DNA of 61,916 nt, filler included, from Nemertoderma westbladi (lineage: Eukaryota; Animalia; Xenacoelomorpha), in assembly GCA_032718475.1 (NCBI GenBank). It is 2 parts of 2 records of this genome, joined end to end, with 100 filler letters (N's around TTAATTAATTAA, not from the genome) between each part and the next. Parts side by side here need not be neighbours in the genome. Positions count along the whole stretch, not along the records: positions 1 to 30,776 come from JAUCBJ010005196.1; 1 more part is not named here. The stretch is one strand, 5' to 3'. The position numbers and the translations under genes are program-made. The notes under the pieces are model-generated. The model made no database searches, was not told the origin of the DNA, and saw only the letters and a list, made by a program, of their open reading frames with translations. Each line of letters begins with the position of its first letter. The stretch's first letter is position 1. Positions 13,904 to 27,640 of this stretch are shown piece after piece.

Positions 13904-14135
13904 AGCAAGCAAACAGTCGGCCGAAGCCGGAGGCGACCCGAAGGCTCCTCTTTCGATAGCTGCTAGCCGAGGGTAGGGGTGGGCGCTACTCCTATCCCAA
14001 GATTTGCTCCCAGTTATTTAACTGATACTCATTTTATCGACCCCAGTGGATGAAAGGCTGAGTGGACCCTGGCGGGGCTGAACCTACAACCAATAGATTG
14101 CAGGCCCGGCGCTCAACCAACTGAGCTACCCCGCC
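13904..14135 (-). mobile_element. tRNA-derived SINE with Nin/Deu-type central domain
   Basis: Minus strand has head GGCGGGGTAGCTCAGTTGGTTGAGCG..GGTTCAGCCCC (A/B boxes), core GTCCACTCAGCCTTTCATCC..GGTCGATAAAATGAGTA and tail GAGCCTTCGGGTCGCC..(TTGC)n. TTATCATA is duplicated on both flanks. Confidence 0.85.
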
Positions 14136-14797
14136 TTTTATCATATTAATTATCAATTATTAATTATCATATTACTGGAATTAAGTCGTTAGACTGATAA
14201 TGAATCATGACCCTTTAACAACTTATTGGGGCACTGCTTATTTAAGAGATAGGTCTACCATTAACTAGAGGTTACAACGACCCCGCACTGCGTATTTAAG
14301 AAGTAGCTATAAACTTGGTTAAGATCGCACTGTTTATTTAAACAAGCCAAAACTCTTATTTAGGAAGTGCGCCTCGTCTGAAAGTATTCCAGGAGATATT
14401 GGAACTACTGCTTCATAGTAGAAGCCTATTATATTGACTTCTACACGACAGAATTAATTGCTGATTTCAAAATATGACTCAGGGTATACAAACGTTCCCA
14501 TTGGAGGAGAAAAATTGGGGCCCTTTTGATTTGCTACCTGTCAAACCATCAAAACAACACAAAAATTAGAGTAAAACTGCCTAAATAAGCAGTGCGATCT
14601 GTAAATAAGAAGTGCGACCCGTACTGCTTATTTAAGCATATGTTCCCTACTGTTGCTGCATTGGTACAAACTGACAAAGACTGCTAAAAACTGAAAAATA
14701 GTGACATACAACATGTCTGCATGTGTGTGTATGCTTTGAATGCTTTGAGTTGAGGATAGCCTCATGAGGTTAAACCTCGTTTCCATGAGGTTGTATT

Positions 14798-15617
14798 TAG
14801 GGCTCGATCGGAGCTCCGGCCTCCGGCTCGATCGGAGCTCCGGCCTCCGACTCCGGCTCCGGCCATTTTGGTACCTCCGGCTCCTGCTCCGGTAAAAATA
14901 TTGCCGGAGTTAATTTTTTAATAAAGTATTATATTTCGTGCATATTCTAATCTTAACAATTATTTACACTATACAGCTATAAGTACTTTAGTACAGCTTC
15001 AATATCAAGCATAATACTGCAGTATTTACTGCTAGTCAATGACTGACTGACTGCTGGACTGTACTGCAGTACCGGTACTGGTACTGACCAGCTGACTGCC
15101 TAGCAGACTATAACAACATATAGGCCCTACTGTAAAAAATTGTAAATGCTATGACTGTATGATTGTACACTATACCACTGCAGCTGCAGCCATTTACTGA
15201 TGTCATTCATGCCAGCATACTGTACTGCAGTACTGCCATGACTGCAGTACTGGCTGACTGGTAAACGTTTGGTGGTAGGCTATACTTACAGACCTACAGT
15301 ACACACCTCTACCACAGTTAGACAGTTAGTGAGTTAGGTACTGTAGGTAATTTTTAACGTCAGGCCGTCTGTCCGTGATAAATTAATTACTTAAATTTTA
15401 AATTGAAAATTCGTTAATCTATAAATTATGAAATTAATTAGACCTACAGCGTGATTGATTATGAGCGATTTGCGAACGATAACCATACTTTATTTTTTTT
15501 TAATAAATAATTGAATTTTTAAAATTTTTGAAAAACTCCGGCTCCGGCTCCGGCCAAATTGTCCAACTCCGGCTCCTGCTCCGGCTCCGGCCAAGTCCCA
15601 ACTCCGTTCGAGCCCTA
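14798..15617. mobile_element. hAT-type MITE
   Basis: TAGGGCTCGA..TCGAGCCCTA termini, 8-bp TSD GTTGTATT, subterminal CTCCGG repeats. Confidence 0.9.
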
Positions 15618-18517
15618 GTTGTATTGTATTTGCTCTCCATTTAACATATGCACTCGAAATAAAATTGCATACAGAATTATATGGTAAATTAATACTCATA
15701 GGACATAATGTAATATGAATAAATAATGTGAAACCGGAAAGATTGTGTATGTTAGGATTTAGGAGGGAGAAGACCGCCAAGGCGTAAAAGCACTAATAGG
15801 GGCCCAACTAAAATTAAAGATAAAATTAAAAATACTAATTAGATCTAAAAACCAATTTTACAAACATTCACAACAAATAAAAACATCAAAATCGTGCAGG
15901 TATATAAATTAGGTTAAGAGGTTGCAAATAGGCATATAGATAAATCATAATTAATTAAAACTATACAAATGACTTAAATCTACATTCTTAAGCAGACGAT
16001 TGAAAGTGATAACATTCGGCGCATTAACAACATCGTGAGGTAAACTGTTCCAAGTATTTACTGTACGTTGGGAAAAACGGTTATTTGAGATTACTAAGCG
16101 GCTAGACTGTATGTATAACTTGTAATTATGACCACGAAGACCCGGGCGTTGGACATACTCGAAAAAATCGCTAAACTGAATATCTACTTTACCATGACAC
16201 ATGTTATACACCAAACGCAAATCAAAAATAATACGCCTAGCTTGGAGAGGTTGCAAATTAAGAAATGCCAGCCTATTTATGTAGCTATCATCTAGGTATG
16301 AGATATTGCACCTCTTAAAAAGCCTGCGGGTAAAATAACGTTGCGCACGTTCAACTAGTTTAATATTGAAAAGCTGATGGGGTGACCAGACAACTGTACT
16401 AAATTCTAATAATGGTCGCACGTAGGATCTATAAGCAGTTAACAATGATTTCATATTGGAAGAATAAAAACACCGAAATATAATATTTATGACCTTGTAC
16501 GCCTTAAGAACCTGCTCCTTACAGTATTTACTAAATTTTAAATCGTTGCACATGGTAATACCTAGATCTTTACAACTAGTTTTAACTTCGAGACAATTAC
16601 CATTGAGAACATAATCACTTTGATCCAGTTTACGATTCCCAATATGCAAAACATGACATTTAGAAGTAGCAACACTCAATTGCCAAGTATTACACCAAAT
16701 CGACAATGTATCCAAAGCGCACTGAATGTCAACATGTTTACTATGGTCAGCGTAAATTTTTAGATCATCAGCAAATAGTTTAGTACTAACAGCATGCAAA
16801 TTATTAGGTAGGTCATAAATATAATAAATAAAACAGGGCCTACCACACTACCTTGAGGGGTACCCGATATGACGTCAACAAAATCTGAATAATTTCTACC
16901 AACAAGCACACGAAATTTACGATTTGATAAAAAAGAATGAAACCAAGCTAACAAATTACCGGAAATTCCGTAAGCAGCAAGTTTTAGCAATAGTTTGGCG
17001 TGGACGACCTTGTCGAAGGCCTTCTCGAAGTCAATGTAAACAACATCAACATCTTTTCGTTTGTCCAGAATCCGAAACCAATCATTAGTGCACTCAATTA
17101 AATGAGTCGCAGTTGATTTACGTTTTAAGAATCCGTGCTGCTGCTTAGAGATTAGGCGGTTAGTTAATAGATACGATAGTAACTCCTTATTTATAATCGT
17201 TTCCATTACTTTGCACGCAACACATGTAAGTGAAATAGGTCTGTAATTATACGGGTTAGATGAGTCTCCCTTTTTATACATAGGTATTACAATTGCTGTA
17301 CACCAAATAGAGGGTAAAGCGTGCGAAATGAATGACAATTCAAAAATAGCTGACAACGGCGCCGCTAGTTGGCGTGCCAGGTTCTTATACAAATTGCTAG
17401 GTAGACTATCGGGGGTATTACTAGTTTTACTAGGTAAATTGTGCAACACATTAAAAACAACATTGGGATTAAAATTAACATCGTGCAGTGAAATATTTGG
17501 TGGTGCCACATTATCAAAATACGGTGTAGACTTGTTGTCCTCGCAGTAATTTTCGGAAAGTACTTTGGAAAATATCTTAGCTTTAGTGGTATCATCAACA
17601 ATGACTTCGCCATTAAACTTTAGAGGAGCTATACCGGATTTATAATTTCTTTTGGAGTTTATATAACTAAAAATAGCATTTGGTTTACCAGATTCTAATA
17701 TTTTATTCTCTTTCAAACATGAATACCTGAATATTGTTCTAGTGATTTCCTTAGTACATTTTTTGTACTCGTTTTTACCCTGAATGGTATGGCGCCTTCG
17801 CCAGAGCAATTTCTTTTTACGTTGTAACTGTTTAATATGAAGCGGGTATTTCTTTTTGAAATCACTAGATATTTCCTTTTTAGGCACAAATTGATTAATA
17901 CCATGTTTTAATACGCAATCAAAAGCACACCAATGATCGTCTATAGTAGTACAAGAACTAAAAATATCGTGCCAATTCTGAGAATCTAAATAATTAGAAA
18001 AAGAAGTATAATCGCCATCTTTGAAATCAAAATACTGCAATGTGTCACTTTCGAAAAATTGGTAAGGGCCACATAAATTAAAAGTGACTGTGATGTGGTC
18101 GCTACTACAAAAGGGGGGATTTACTAGAACACTACTGACACATAGAACTTCTGTAGTGAACACCAAATCAAGGATATTATTGCCTCTAGTGGGCTTGTCT
18201 ACTAACTGGGTAAATCCAGCTTCATTAATACAGTTGAAAAAGCAACTATAAATATCGTTGATAGGAAAAGACATTTCTTCCCAGTTAAAATCTGGGAGAT
18301 TGAAATCACCGATACAGACAGTTGGGTAATTAACATCAGTAAGTGACGAAATACATTCACATAATAGGGTAATATCCTCGATTGAGTTTCCAGACTGAGA
18401 TCGATAAATACAAATTAAACGGGTAGGTGCGTCCCCTAATATATCGATAGCAACAACTTCACAATCAGAAAACTTACTGTTTAAAAATATCTGTGTACAT
18501 TTCAGGGATTTAAGCAC
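15618..18517 (-). mobile_element. 5'-truncated CR1-group LINE (APE + RT; frameshift near 16800)
   Basis: GDFNLP, PTRGNNILDLV, SDH, YRPISLT, DFEKAFD, GTPQGS, FADD, LRGHNYKL..WNSLP. 3' UTR ends in ATACA repeats. Confidence 0.93.
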
Positions 18518-18559
18518 AAAGGTTCCTCGAATTTTCTACTGTCAGACTGTATTCAGAAC

Positions 18560-20490
18560 AGGAATCCAGACAAGGAGCAGGCAGGTGCACAGAAGCATAG
18601 AGGCTGCTTAGAACAAATAACAACTTTACAACTAATTATCAATTATTCGAAATTTACAAAGCAGAAGCTCTTCATTGTTTTTGTAGATTTCTCAGCCGCA
18701 TTTGATACTGTCAACAGGAAGAAGCTTATTGATCTGCTGCATGATATGGGATGCGGTACGCGGATGTTAAATGCCTTACGGGAGTTGTATAGGTTGTCCT
18801 ATGGGTGTATTGGAGATGAAACGTTCCTCATATCTGTTGGAGTTTTGCAGGGTGGGCCATCCAGCTTACACTTATTTACTCTGTATGTTAACCCACTAAT
18901 AAAACTCTTGAAGTCTCTCGGCCCAGATGGTTTTTTGAATGCCCTTCATGCACTGTTATTAGTCGATGACTCTGCAATATTACCCACGTCTCGGCCTAAA
19001 TGTATTCAGAAGCTAATGGCGCTAGTGCAGTTTTGTAATGAATTTGGACTAAGAATAAACCAGAAAAAGACTAAATTTATGGTTATAGGTGGTGTAGCCG
19101 ATGATCTAAATCCTATAGTAATTGATAGCAGCCTTACAATTAATAACTGTTTACATTACGTTTACTTGGGTTCTCCGATTGCTCAGTCTGGGAGAATTTC
19201 AGATGTTATTAACCTGCACTTAAAAGATAAATCAAAGCACGTTTTAAAGTATCATTCATTCTTGTCTAAGCATAATATGGCTCCAATAAGTGTAAAACTC
19301 CAAGTTCTGAGGGCTGGTGTAACAAGTGCTCTTCTGTATGGCTGTGAATCTTGGATTGGTGCATCTGTGTTAATGTAAAATATTGTGAAATGCTAAAGGG
19401 TGCCCTTGGAGTCCGATCTTCTGTTTGCCACGACCTTATGTTTCTTGAATCTGGTCTTTTAGATGTTGAAACAATCGTAAAAAAAAGACAGCTAAACTTC
19501 CTAGCTAAATCGATTGAGGACCCAGAGAGACACGAACTCCTGTGGTTTGCACTTAGCCTTGCCGATTCTGTCTCATCTCCTATGGCAAAAGCAGTAAAAA
19601 AACTATTAGACGCTGGAGACAGTGGAAAACAATTTCGTGACAACTTGATTGACAGGGTTTCAAATAGTAACTCAACACGCCGACTAGTTTACCGTGATTT
19701 TAATCCATCACTACAGAAATGTCCTCTCTTTCATGTTCAACATGTTGCACATATTTCGGAGCCGCACCGCATTGCTTTAACACGATTTAAATTACTGTCA
19801 ACCCACCTGGCTGTGGAAACTGGCCGTTGGTCGCGAATACCAGCGAGCTCAAGAATTTGTCGATGCGGGTCCATCCAAACTGAACGACATGTGTTGCTTG
19901 ATTGCCCCCTTATCACCCCTCTAAGGTTACCGTTGACAAATATAATAAATTTTCAATCCTGTGAAACAGTGCTTAGTTGTGCACACATGGATTTGCTTGC
20001 TAAATTTATCTTTGACGTGCTACGAATCCTTGAAGATTGATTTGTTTTTGTTTTTATAATGAAATACAATTCTCTGATTCAAATTTATATATTATTCGCA
20101 TTTTTAGTATAATGGTTATAATAGACGCCTGTGTACTAAGTTTATGATTTAATTGAAATCCACAAATATATATTTTGGTGTAATGTTATGTAGCTAGCCT
20201 TAATTTAAAATAATATTTGATGAAATTGATTATTCTGTGGCTTAATGATAGTGTCTAGGTCATTATATATCTAGGTCATATAATTAGTTATTTTTTTTTT
20301 TTTTTTGGTGAACTAGATTAAAGTAATAATTTAATAATTCAGCCTTTGTATACAGCCTTTGTCAGCCTTTGTATTTAAGTGATACTATTAATTACCTACT
20401 AGTTGTATAATTTGGACTAATGCGTTTGGTGTTACTATATTGAATTTATCAAACTTCGTAATTGGTCAATAAAACATATATATATATTAT
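18560..20490 (+). mobile_element. 5'-truncated non-LTR retrotransposon (RT plus C-terminal CCHC; Proto2/RTE-X-like), frameshifted
   Basis: EQAGAQKHRGC, FVDFSAAFDTV, GVLQGG, LVDD, YLG, LAVETGRW..RICRC...TERHVLLDC. AATAAA and (AT)n tail near 20470. Clade assignment is tentative. Confidence 0.85.
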
Positions 20491-22195
20491 AAAGTATATT
20501 AAGCTCGTGTTAACTGTTAATACAGTAATAGTAGTTATTATAGATTAAAAAAAAGAAAACAAATTACAGGTAATTAAAATAGAATTGTATCATTATTAGT
20601 TCGGGGACAACCACTGATAATAATAAGTTCAAAATATATAGGCCTATTATATAATATACATATACATACATACATTTATATTCACCAGGTCATTATTTAT
20701 AATAACATACAGACATAACATTTATTTACAGTATTTCCATAGGTATCATTTTTTTAGAAATTTTAATGACTTTAACCCCTTGCCATAACAGTATGTTTAT
20801 TTTCAAGTAATAATATTTTAATAGTAATTTTAATTATTGATTTTTTTTATTTTTATTTATTTACAACAATTTACTACACTACTACACAATACAAGATATT
20901 AATGTGCAATTCATATGCATTGATCTTTGAACATGTAAATAGGTAGGCCCTACCAGTAATAATAATATGATAACTTTTAAGAGTATTTTAAAAATATTAC
21001 TGTTTATCATTTTTTAATTCACCAGGAACTAACAGACTAACGTGCAGTCTGTGACATGAATTATGCATTGCCTTAATTTACTTTTATTTTACCGGTCCCC
21101 TTTAATATCTGTGATAATGTGAATAGTCTCGTAAATTTTCGAATTGACAGAACAATAACTTTTATGATAGGCCCTATATGTAATAAGATTCGACAATAAT
21201 TATCAAATGTATTTTTAGTTCAAAATTTAATTAAAATTTAGGCCCCTCGCCCCTATAGCTTTTGTCGGGTAAGTGTCGATTCGCCCCAAGTCGATTCGCC
21301 CCAAATTTTAGGGGCATATGCTGATATGAACCTGGCACCTGGGGCGCATCGACTTGGACAGTTGACTGATTAGCCCCACCTTCCAAGTCCATTCGCCCCA
21401 GATGATATTATTGAATGTTTTACTAATATTCTTTTTAGGTACAATGATATTAGAAAGTGCAATATTGAAATCTTGTTACAAACAGTACCCTCGATTACAG
21501 GATTACGTGTAATATTTTGTAGACCTTCAATCTAATAAATTGCCCTACAGTATAAATCTTGTTACAAACACATTTACCCTCGATTAGGCCTACATTATGC
21601 GTTATATTTTTTAGATCTTCAATCTACCGGTATTGCAATAAATTACAGTACCGGTAGAATTCTTGTTACAAACACTTTTGAACTTCGATTACGTGTAGCA
21701 TTTTCTCAAGATTGATAAGACTCGACTTGAGATTGACTCAAATTGATAAGGTAAATCAAGCAAATTCAAATGTTGTTTCTATCTACTTTCCTTTTAAGCT
21801 TCGATATATTGAATCACGTGACTCCCATGCAACCGTGACAACTCTCATAGACAACTCTTGTGGCTCGGCAAGGTGCAAGGGTTCGAACCCGCGGGACCTA
21901 GAAGCATAGGCTACATAATGAATTAGACAGTTAGATGTGAAACAAATTGATATTGTGAACCTCTGGTCATTTCATAATCTGGTACTTCTGCAGTAGTTGG
22001 TTGTTCTGTTGTTAATTGCAAAATAAATATAAATAAAAACTTATTAGGCCTATGATATGCAAAACAGCAATATATTAGGTAGATACCGATAGGACACTAC
22101 AGCATTATGTACAGTTGATATGCAAAACTAAAATGGTAGGGCATTCATTACTGCATTACGTACAGTCGATTTAAGAAACACATTACAAGAAACAC

Positions 22196-22876
22196 AAGGT
22201 ACATTTGGTAGGAGATTATGCAGTTATGTCATGTCAGTATGTGCATTTGGTAGGAGATTAGGCCTATGCAGTTATGTCTGTATGTCATGTCAGTATGTAC
22301 ATTTGGTAGGAGATTATGCAGTTATGTCATGTCAGTATGTACATTTGGTAGGAGATTATGCAGTTATGTCATGTCGTCAGTATGTACATTTGGTAGGAGA
22401 TTATGCAGTTATCTGGTTATGTCAGTATGTACATTTGGTACGAGATTATGCAGTTATGTCATGTCAGTATGTACATTTGGTAGGAGATTATGCAGTTATG
22501 TCATGTCATGTCAGTATGTACATTTGGTAGGAGATTATGCAGTTATCTGGTTATGTCATATCAGTATGTAGTATCTACATTTGGTAGGAGATTATGCAGT
22601 TATGTCATGTCACTCATGTCAGTATGTACATTTGGTAGGAGATTATGCAGTTATGTCATGTCAGTATACATTTGGTAGGAGATTATGCAGTTATGTCATG
22701 TCAGTAAGTACATTTGGTACGTGATTATGCAGTTATATCATGTCAGTATGTACATTTGGTACGATATTATGCAGTTGTCATGTCAGTATGTACATTTGGT
22801 AGGAGATTATGCAGTTATGTCATGTCAGTATGTACATTTGGTAGGAGATTATGCAGTTATGTCATGTCAGTATGTA
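22196..22876. repeat. Minisatellite, ~42-bp unit CATTTGGTAGGAGATTATGCAGTTATGTCATGTCAGTATGTA
   Basis: About 15 tandem copies with small indels. Confidence 0.95.
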
Positions 22877-23341
22877 GATTTGATTTAAAAATATAAAAAG
22901 GTACCGGTAGGGCATTGCATTAAAGTACAGTCGATTTAAGAGTCGATATAAAAATGAAGGACATTTGGTAGGACATTAGGCCTATGTACCGGTACAGTTG
23001 ATTTTTATAACCGGCAGACCGGTAGAATTAATAGGTAACTACTAACTATGGAAGAAAGTATTAATTTACTGTTTATTGCAGCTGGTATAATACCGGTAGT
23101 CAACCGAAAAAATCATTAATTGTCACACCTTGACCTTAACCCCCAGTACCCTATCGATCGGATCGGACTGTCGGAGTCACTCGTTTTGACGCCTCTGTTG
23201 CTCTGTTTGCTGTTTGCCAGCTGTCGTTGTGCTGGTTTATTAGTTGATCCTCTAGTCTAGTACCTACCTACCGACCTATACATACATACCCCTAGTACTG
23301 TACCGATAAAAGAACACCATCTTTTTGTGGACTTGTTGTTA

Positions 23342-24694
23342 ATGACTTCGAGGATTCAACTGCGCCAACAGCTGGCTAGAGAGCAGGCCCTGCGAGAGGA
23401 ATGGAACGAAGCAAGTCGAGGTGGTCATCAGTCTAGAGAGAGGGCTTACAGTGTACCGACCAGTTCCAGCACCACTAGTCTGCCTGGGTCGCTAGCCGGT
23501 ATGGAACAGTCGAACCGTGGGAATCAGTTGCAGCAGACAGACCATGTCACTAGCGGGTTGAGGCTGCTGAATCCGACTGAATTCCATCTACAGATGAGTC
23601 ACGAGCGGCAACTCCGCGAGCTAATGAAAGCGACGAGTTCCAGGGAAGTGACGGCGTTGGCGCAGCTGTGTGGGCGTAGCGGCCCGATTACATTGCGGGA
23701 GTTTCTAGCGACGGAGGCGGAAGGTTTCGTCGTGTCGCCTCCCAGCGGCGTCCAACGGAACCCAACCAGCCCCCATCCCGACCCGAACGTGGACGAGATG
23801 TTTATGGGGATCGCTAGTCTCGACAGCCCCGGTGGGAACACAGAGGACAGTCTCGATCTAATTGAACCGACATTGTCTACGACGCTGCCCCACGACAGTG
23901 TCGGACTGCTGCGAACGATAAACGAACCGCTGTCGGCCAGCTGTCCGGATTACAGTCCGACCCCGTTTAATAAAGACCGTCAGAAGAAGGACAACCACAA
24001 CATGATAGAAAGACGTCGTCGTTACAACATAAACGACAGAATAAAAGAGTTGGGAGGCATGTTGCCGGGTAAACCCGACGCCGAATCCAAGATGAACAAA
24101 GGGACCATCCTTAAATGGACCGTGGATTATATAAAACAGTTACAGCGGGATATTCAGAGGAACAAGGACTCGACAGAGGCGAATAAGTTGCTGCTCCTTC
24201 AGAATCAGCAGTTGCAGAATCAGTTACGGGACATGGAATCGGCGTTTATGACTCGTGTGTGCGGAGGAGAGGGGGTCGACATCGAGGGTTTGAGTTTCCT
24301 TACTCCGCCGTACTCGCAGTCGCTGCCAGTGATACAGGGGGAGATGCAACGAGTGCCCAGAACGCTGGTCTCATCACTGGAGGTGGGGTTATCCACCGAC
24401 GCCAATCCCCGGCTGGTGTCCCCCAGCCACCCTGCAGCCTCACCCCACCTACTAACCACCTCACCCAACCCACTAACCACCTCACCCAACCCGCTAAACG
24501 CGTTAAACATAAAGGAGGAAGGCCCAGGCCTCTGCCCATCTTCTGACCAATCAGGAGCCCCTGAGCTCGACACATCCGACCGCTATTGGTCCGGAATGGA
24601 CCATGACTTCCTGCTGGGGAGTCTTTCTCCCGTCACTATGGATACGGGTCAGTTAGACTGCAACATGTACATGGATGAGAACGAGCATTACTGA
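23342..24694 (+). CDS. MITF: MiT/TFE family bHLH-ZIP transcription factor (MITF/TFEB-like), intronless, 450 aa
   Basis: N-terminal [27 protein letters not shown] phospho-motif, b[42 protein letters not shown] and a zipper. ATG at 23342. Confidence 0.93.
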   Translation: MTSRIQLRQQLAREQALREEWNEASRGGHQSRERAYSVPTSSSTTSLPGSLAGMEQSNRGNQLQQTDHVTSGLRLLNPTEFHLQMSHERQLRELMKATSSREVTALAQLCGRSGPITLREFLATEAEGFVVSPPSGVQRNPTSPHPDPNVDEMFMGIASLDSPGGNTEDSLDLIEPTLSTTLPHDSVGLLRTINEPLSASCPDYSPTPFNKDRQKKDNHNMIERRRRYNINDRIKELGGMLPGKPDAESKMNKGTILKWTVDYIKQLQRDIQRNKDSTEANKLLLLQNQQLQNQLRDMESAFMTRVCGGEGVDIEGLSFLTPPYSQSLPVIQGEMQRVPRTLVSSLEVGLSTDANPRLVSPSHPAASPHLLTTSPNPLTTSPNPLNALNIKEEGPGLCPSSDQSGAPELDTSDRYWSGMDHDFLLGSLSPVTMDTGQLDCNMYMDENEHY

Positions 24695-25254
24695 CGAGGC
24701 CTTTTGGTTGGAAATTGTTGCTCAATATTAATGTAATACAGCTATTCAACTGGTTTGGGGTGCTCGCAAACATTGCTTAAGTTCTGAATTAATTAATTGC
24801 GCTAATAATACAAATACAGTAATTAGTTGAGGCAGTAAGTTTATATTACTATGTTTATTTCTATCTATGCTTATAGAAATAAGTTTATTTCATTCCTTAA
24901 GTGCTTTTATTCTATTGTTATTTTGTATATAAAGATATCATTTATTTAGTTTACTTAGTTCGGTTTACCATAAATTAATTACTTTTTGCTTTTTTAATAA
25001 AGATAGCGGGAGGTTCTCCTATACTCTTAATGAGATATTATTTTGTTTGTCGAAATATTTTTGAATATATTTTTTGGAGTACTGAGTTCTACTGAGTTCG
25101 TATATTTAAGTTCCTGTAATTATTTCTTTCTTAAATAAGATGATCCAACTAATACAGTTAATTCTCTACTTGTCTCTTTTCAGTGCTAATGTTTCTTTCC
25201 AGTCCTATGTTTTCATTATATCTTATAAAAAAAATGCTTTAATTTAAAGTCATT

Positions 25255-25370
25255 TCTTTTTCTACTTCATCCCGTGTGCCGGTATTTTTCTACTTCATAC
25301 CGTGTGCCGGTATTTTTCTACTTCATCCCGTGTGCCGGTATTTTTCTACTTCATACCGTGTACCGGTATT
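25255..25370. repeat. Four tandem copies of a ~28-bp unit (TTTTTCTACTTCATCCCGTGTGCCGGTA)
   Basis: Direct observation. Confidence 0.9.
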
Positions 25371-25861
25371 ATATCGTGACCATAGACCAGAACAAACACA
25401 GCAAATAGTATCGTTTCGATAAAAAAAACTACCCCATTTGCATTTGCCTCAGTGAGGTTCCATTCTCCTAATTTTTTGCAGAGGGGTCAGGGAAGATGCA
25501 ATAATTAATTATAAAAAAATAACAACTGGTTTGGTTATCAGAATAATATGAAGAAACTGCTTTTGGTAATTTATCAGAGAGGCAGAACAACACATGAAGT
25601 TACTTCGTGACATTACTCCGGGATAGATGGAACAACCCACACCAATTCCATGACTTGGTGCGTTGTTTTACCTCTCATATGTTACAACTTTAATGTTGTG
25701 TGGGTAGTTCTGTACTCATATATATATCTCAATATCTTCTGTTATTATAATGGAACAATATACGGCTTTAGGATTTTAACATATTATATATGATGTATAA
25801 CTCCCATCTGGCATCTTTTTGATGAAAAGAATGGGTTGCTGTGGATCTATGGTCACGATAT
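25371..25861. mobile_element. Small non-autonomous element with short TIRs
   Basis: ATATCGTGACCATAGA at the left end and TCTATGGTCACGATAT at the right end. Confidence 0.65.
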
Positions 25862-26225
25862 TTATATTTTCTCGTTTTCTTTGCTAGAAATGCGTATTTT
25901 CCTCTTTTGAATTTTTTACAGATTCAAAGGTTTTCAATGACCTTTATTTCTATGTTAATTAATTTAAGTTTATTGTTTCTTCTGAGAATCAAGATATTTG
26001 CAGTAATTTAGACTTAGCCATTTCATCTTAACTTTCAAACAAATTCGAAAACCTTTAATTCATTTTTCTCATAAGTCTAAGCCGCCATGACCTGTGGATC
26101 CAGTAAATATTGGTGATCATTTGTACCGGCAGTGTTTAACTATAATATTATTACAACTTTCAGTTTGATAAAGTCTCTGTGTATTGAATGTTCTTTGCAA
26201 TTCCTGTCCCTTTTAAGATAAAGTC

Positions 26226-26932
26226 TTAGGTGGGTTCGACACGAAACAAAAAATTTAAATATTTTGAAACCATCTCATTAGATTCAAAATTCGATGTAGA
26301 ATTATACATATACAAATTATAAGCAATTTTCAATGAAATTTTTCAAAGCAGTGCGCCAATTTTTCAGAATTTGGCTCATTTTTTGAAATTTATATATTTT
26401 GTAATTTTTTTTCCCAGACTTCCCCACTGGAGCATGTACAATGTACATTCCGAAAATCCAACTAGCATCACCTGGATCCTAATCCTTCAAAACTTGTATG
26501 CATTAATATGGCACCTTTTATACGAGCTTTGTTTGACTTTTAGCTCCGTTTACTCCTTTCGCGATTATCGCGGAGGTAATTTTATTCATGTTCCTTTTTC
26601 TCGAGATCTGTAAATCCAATTGCCATGAAATTTTATACCTTTGTACAGAATCAAACAAACAAAGCCAAACAAGAAAGTCAAACAAAGCTCGTATAAAAGG
26701 TACCATATTAATGCATAGAAGTTTTTAAGAATTAGGATCCAGGTGATGGTAGTTGAATTTTCGGAATCTACATAAAATTCTGCTCAAGTGGGGAAAAGTC
26801 TGGCTAAATAATAAATTTCAGAAAATGAGCCAAATTTTAAAAAATTGGCGCACCACTTTGACAAATTTCACCGAAAAATGCTTCTAACTTTTGAATGCTT
26901 GGCATGATGATGTTGAACCACAACCACCTTAA
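26226..26932. mobile_element. Palindromic MITE (TTAAGG-ended, Kolobok-like)
   Basis: About 26320-26540 is the reverse complement of about 26673-26890. Ends are TTAGGTGG and CCACCTTAA. Confidence 0.7.
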
Positions 26933-27367
26933 GTCGCCCCGTCGCTTTTGGCTGGTTGAAATATATTCATTTTGATTTATAACCCGTTGGAGAGAATAAT
27001 TTAAATTCCCCTTCAGAATGGTGACAATCAGGGGGGGGGGGGGCAAATTTGTTTTTCATTTTTGAATTCTTACTTCACACATTTGGCGTTGAACCCCAAA
27101 TTGAACTCCCTAAAGCAGCTATTGCCGTGTCATTATTAGTGTCATTGCCCTGGTAGCGCAATAGGAATGTCATTGACCTCGTATCTATCTCCAATAGACA
27201 AGGGGTGTGGACTATCATTAACCAGTCACACGTCCACCAGTACTCTTTAGTGGAGCCTGTAATAGTTAGTGAACAGCCAACTCGTCCTACTGTTTTGGGG
27301 AGATGTCCCCGTGTTGAATATTGGCTTGTTGGTACTAGGATCGGCATGCTGCATTGCAGCTGCATTT

Positions 27368-27640
27368 TTAAGAATGCTGTGCCGGCTTGTCAACAAAATT
27401 GCACCGCCACAACTCCCTATCACCCATGACATTTGCTAGATCATCCGCATCTTTAAGGCCAGTGTCCTTTAAGATGCGTCTCAAGAAAGTCATGGGCTGT
27501 CCACCATGCTTATTCCTTCCATGAGGCTGCCAAAGTACAAGATTATGCACTGGCTGGTCCTCACGGCGAAAGCAATGTCCCGCAAAGCGGAGGCGATTTT
27601 GTTCTAGTGTCAAGCTTTGGTGGAACCAATGAGACACCTC
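27368..27640 (-). mobile_element. RTE-clade LINE 3' fragment
   Basis: RLRFAGHCFRR...LVLWQP.G...GG...TF...L.KDTG.......M.DRELWR. Confidence 0.8.

Larger units (their letters stand above)
8475..14652. mobile_element. Internally deleted DNA transposon with ~390-bp TIRs (CAGTAGGG..CCCTACTG) and 5-bp TSD; host of nested insertions
   Basis: 8475-8705 is the reverse complement of about 14422-14652, and 12842-12997 of about 14268-14423, so the left TIR is split by an insertion. TSD TTGCT at 8470-8474 and 14653-14657. Repeated AAATAAGCAGTGCG subterminal motif. Confidence 0.88.

Noticed and set aside
14065-14135. Functional tRNA-Cys gene
   Set aside because: Poor cloverleaf, and it continues into a SINE core and tail.
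8475-14652. Assigning the Academ ORF to the outer 5-bp-TSD element
   Set aside because: The ORF lies within its own TAG..CTA element with a CTT TSD that interrupts the outer TIR.
22196-22896. CRISPR-like array or repeat proteins
   Set aside because: Contiguous tandem units without unique spacers, no cas genes and a eukaryotic context; it is a minisatellite.
23327-23341. GTG starts for MITF (23327) and IVD (27986) given by the ORF track
   Set aside because: Eukaryotic genes; the ATGs at 23342 and 28010 fit the conserved N-terminus and the transit peptide.
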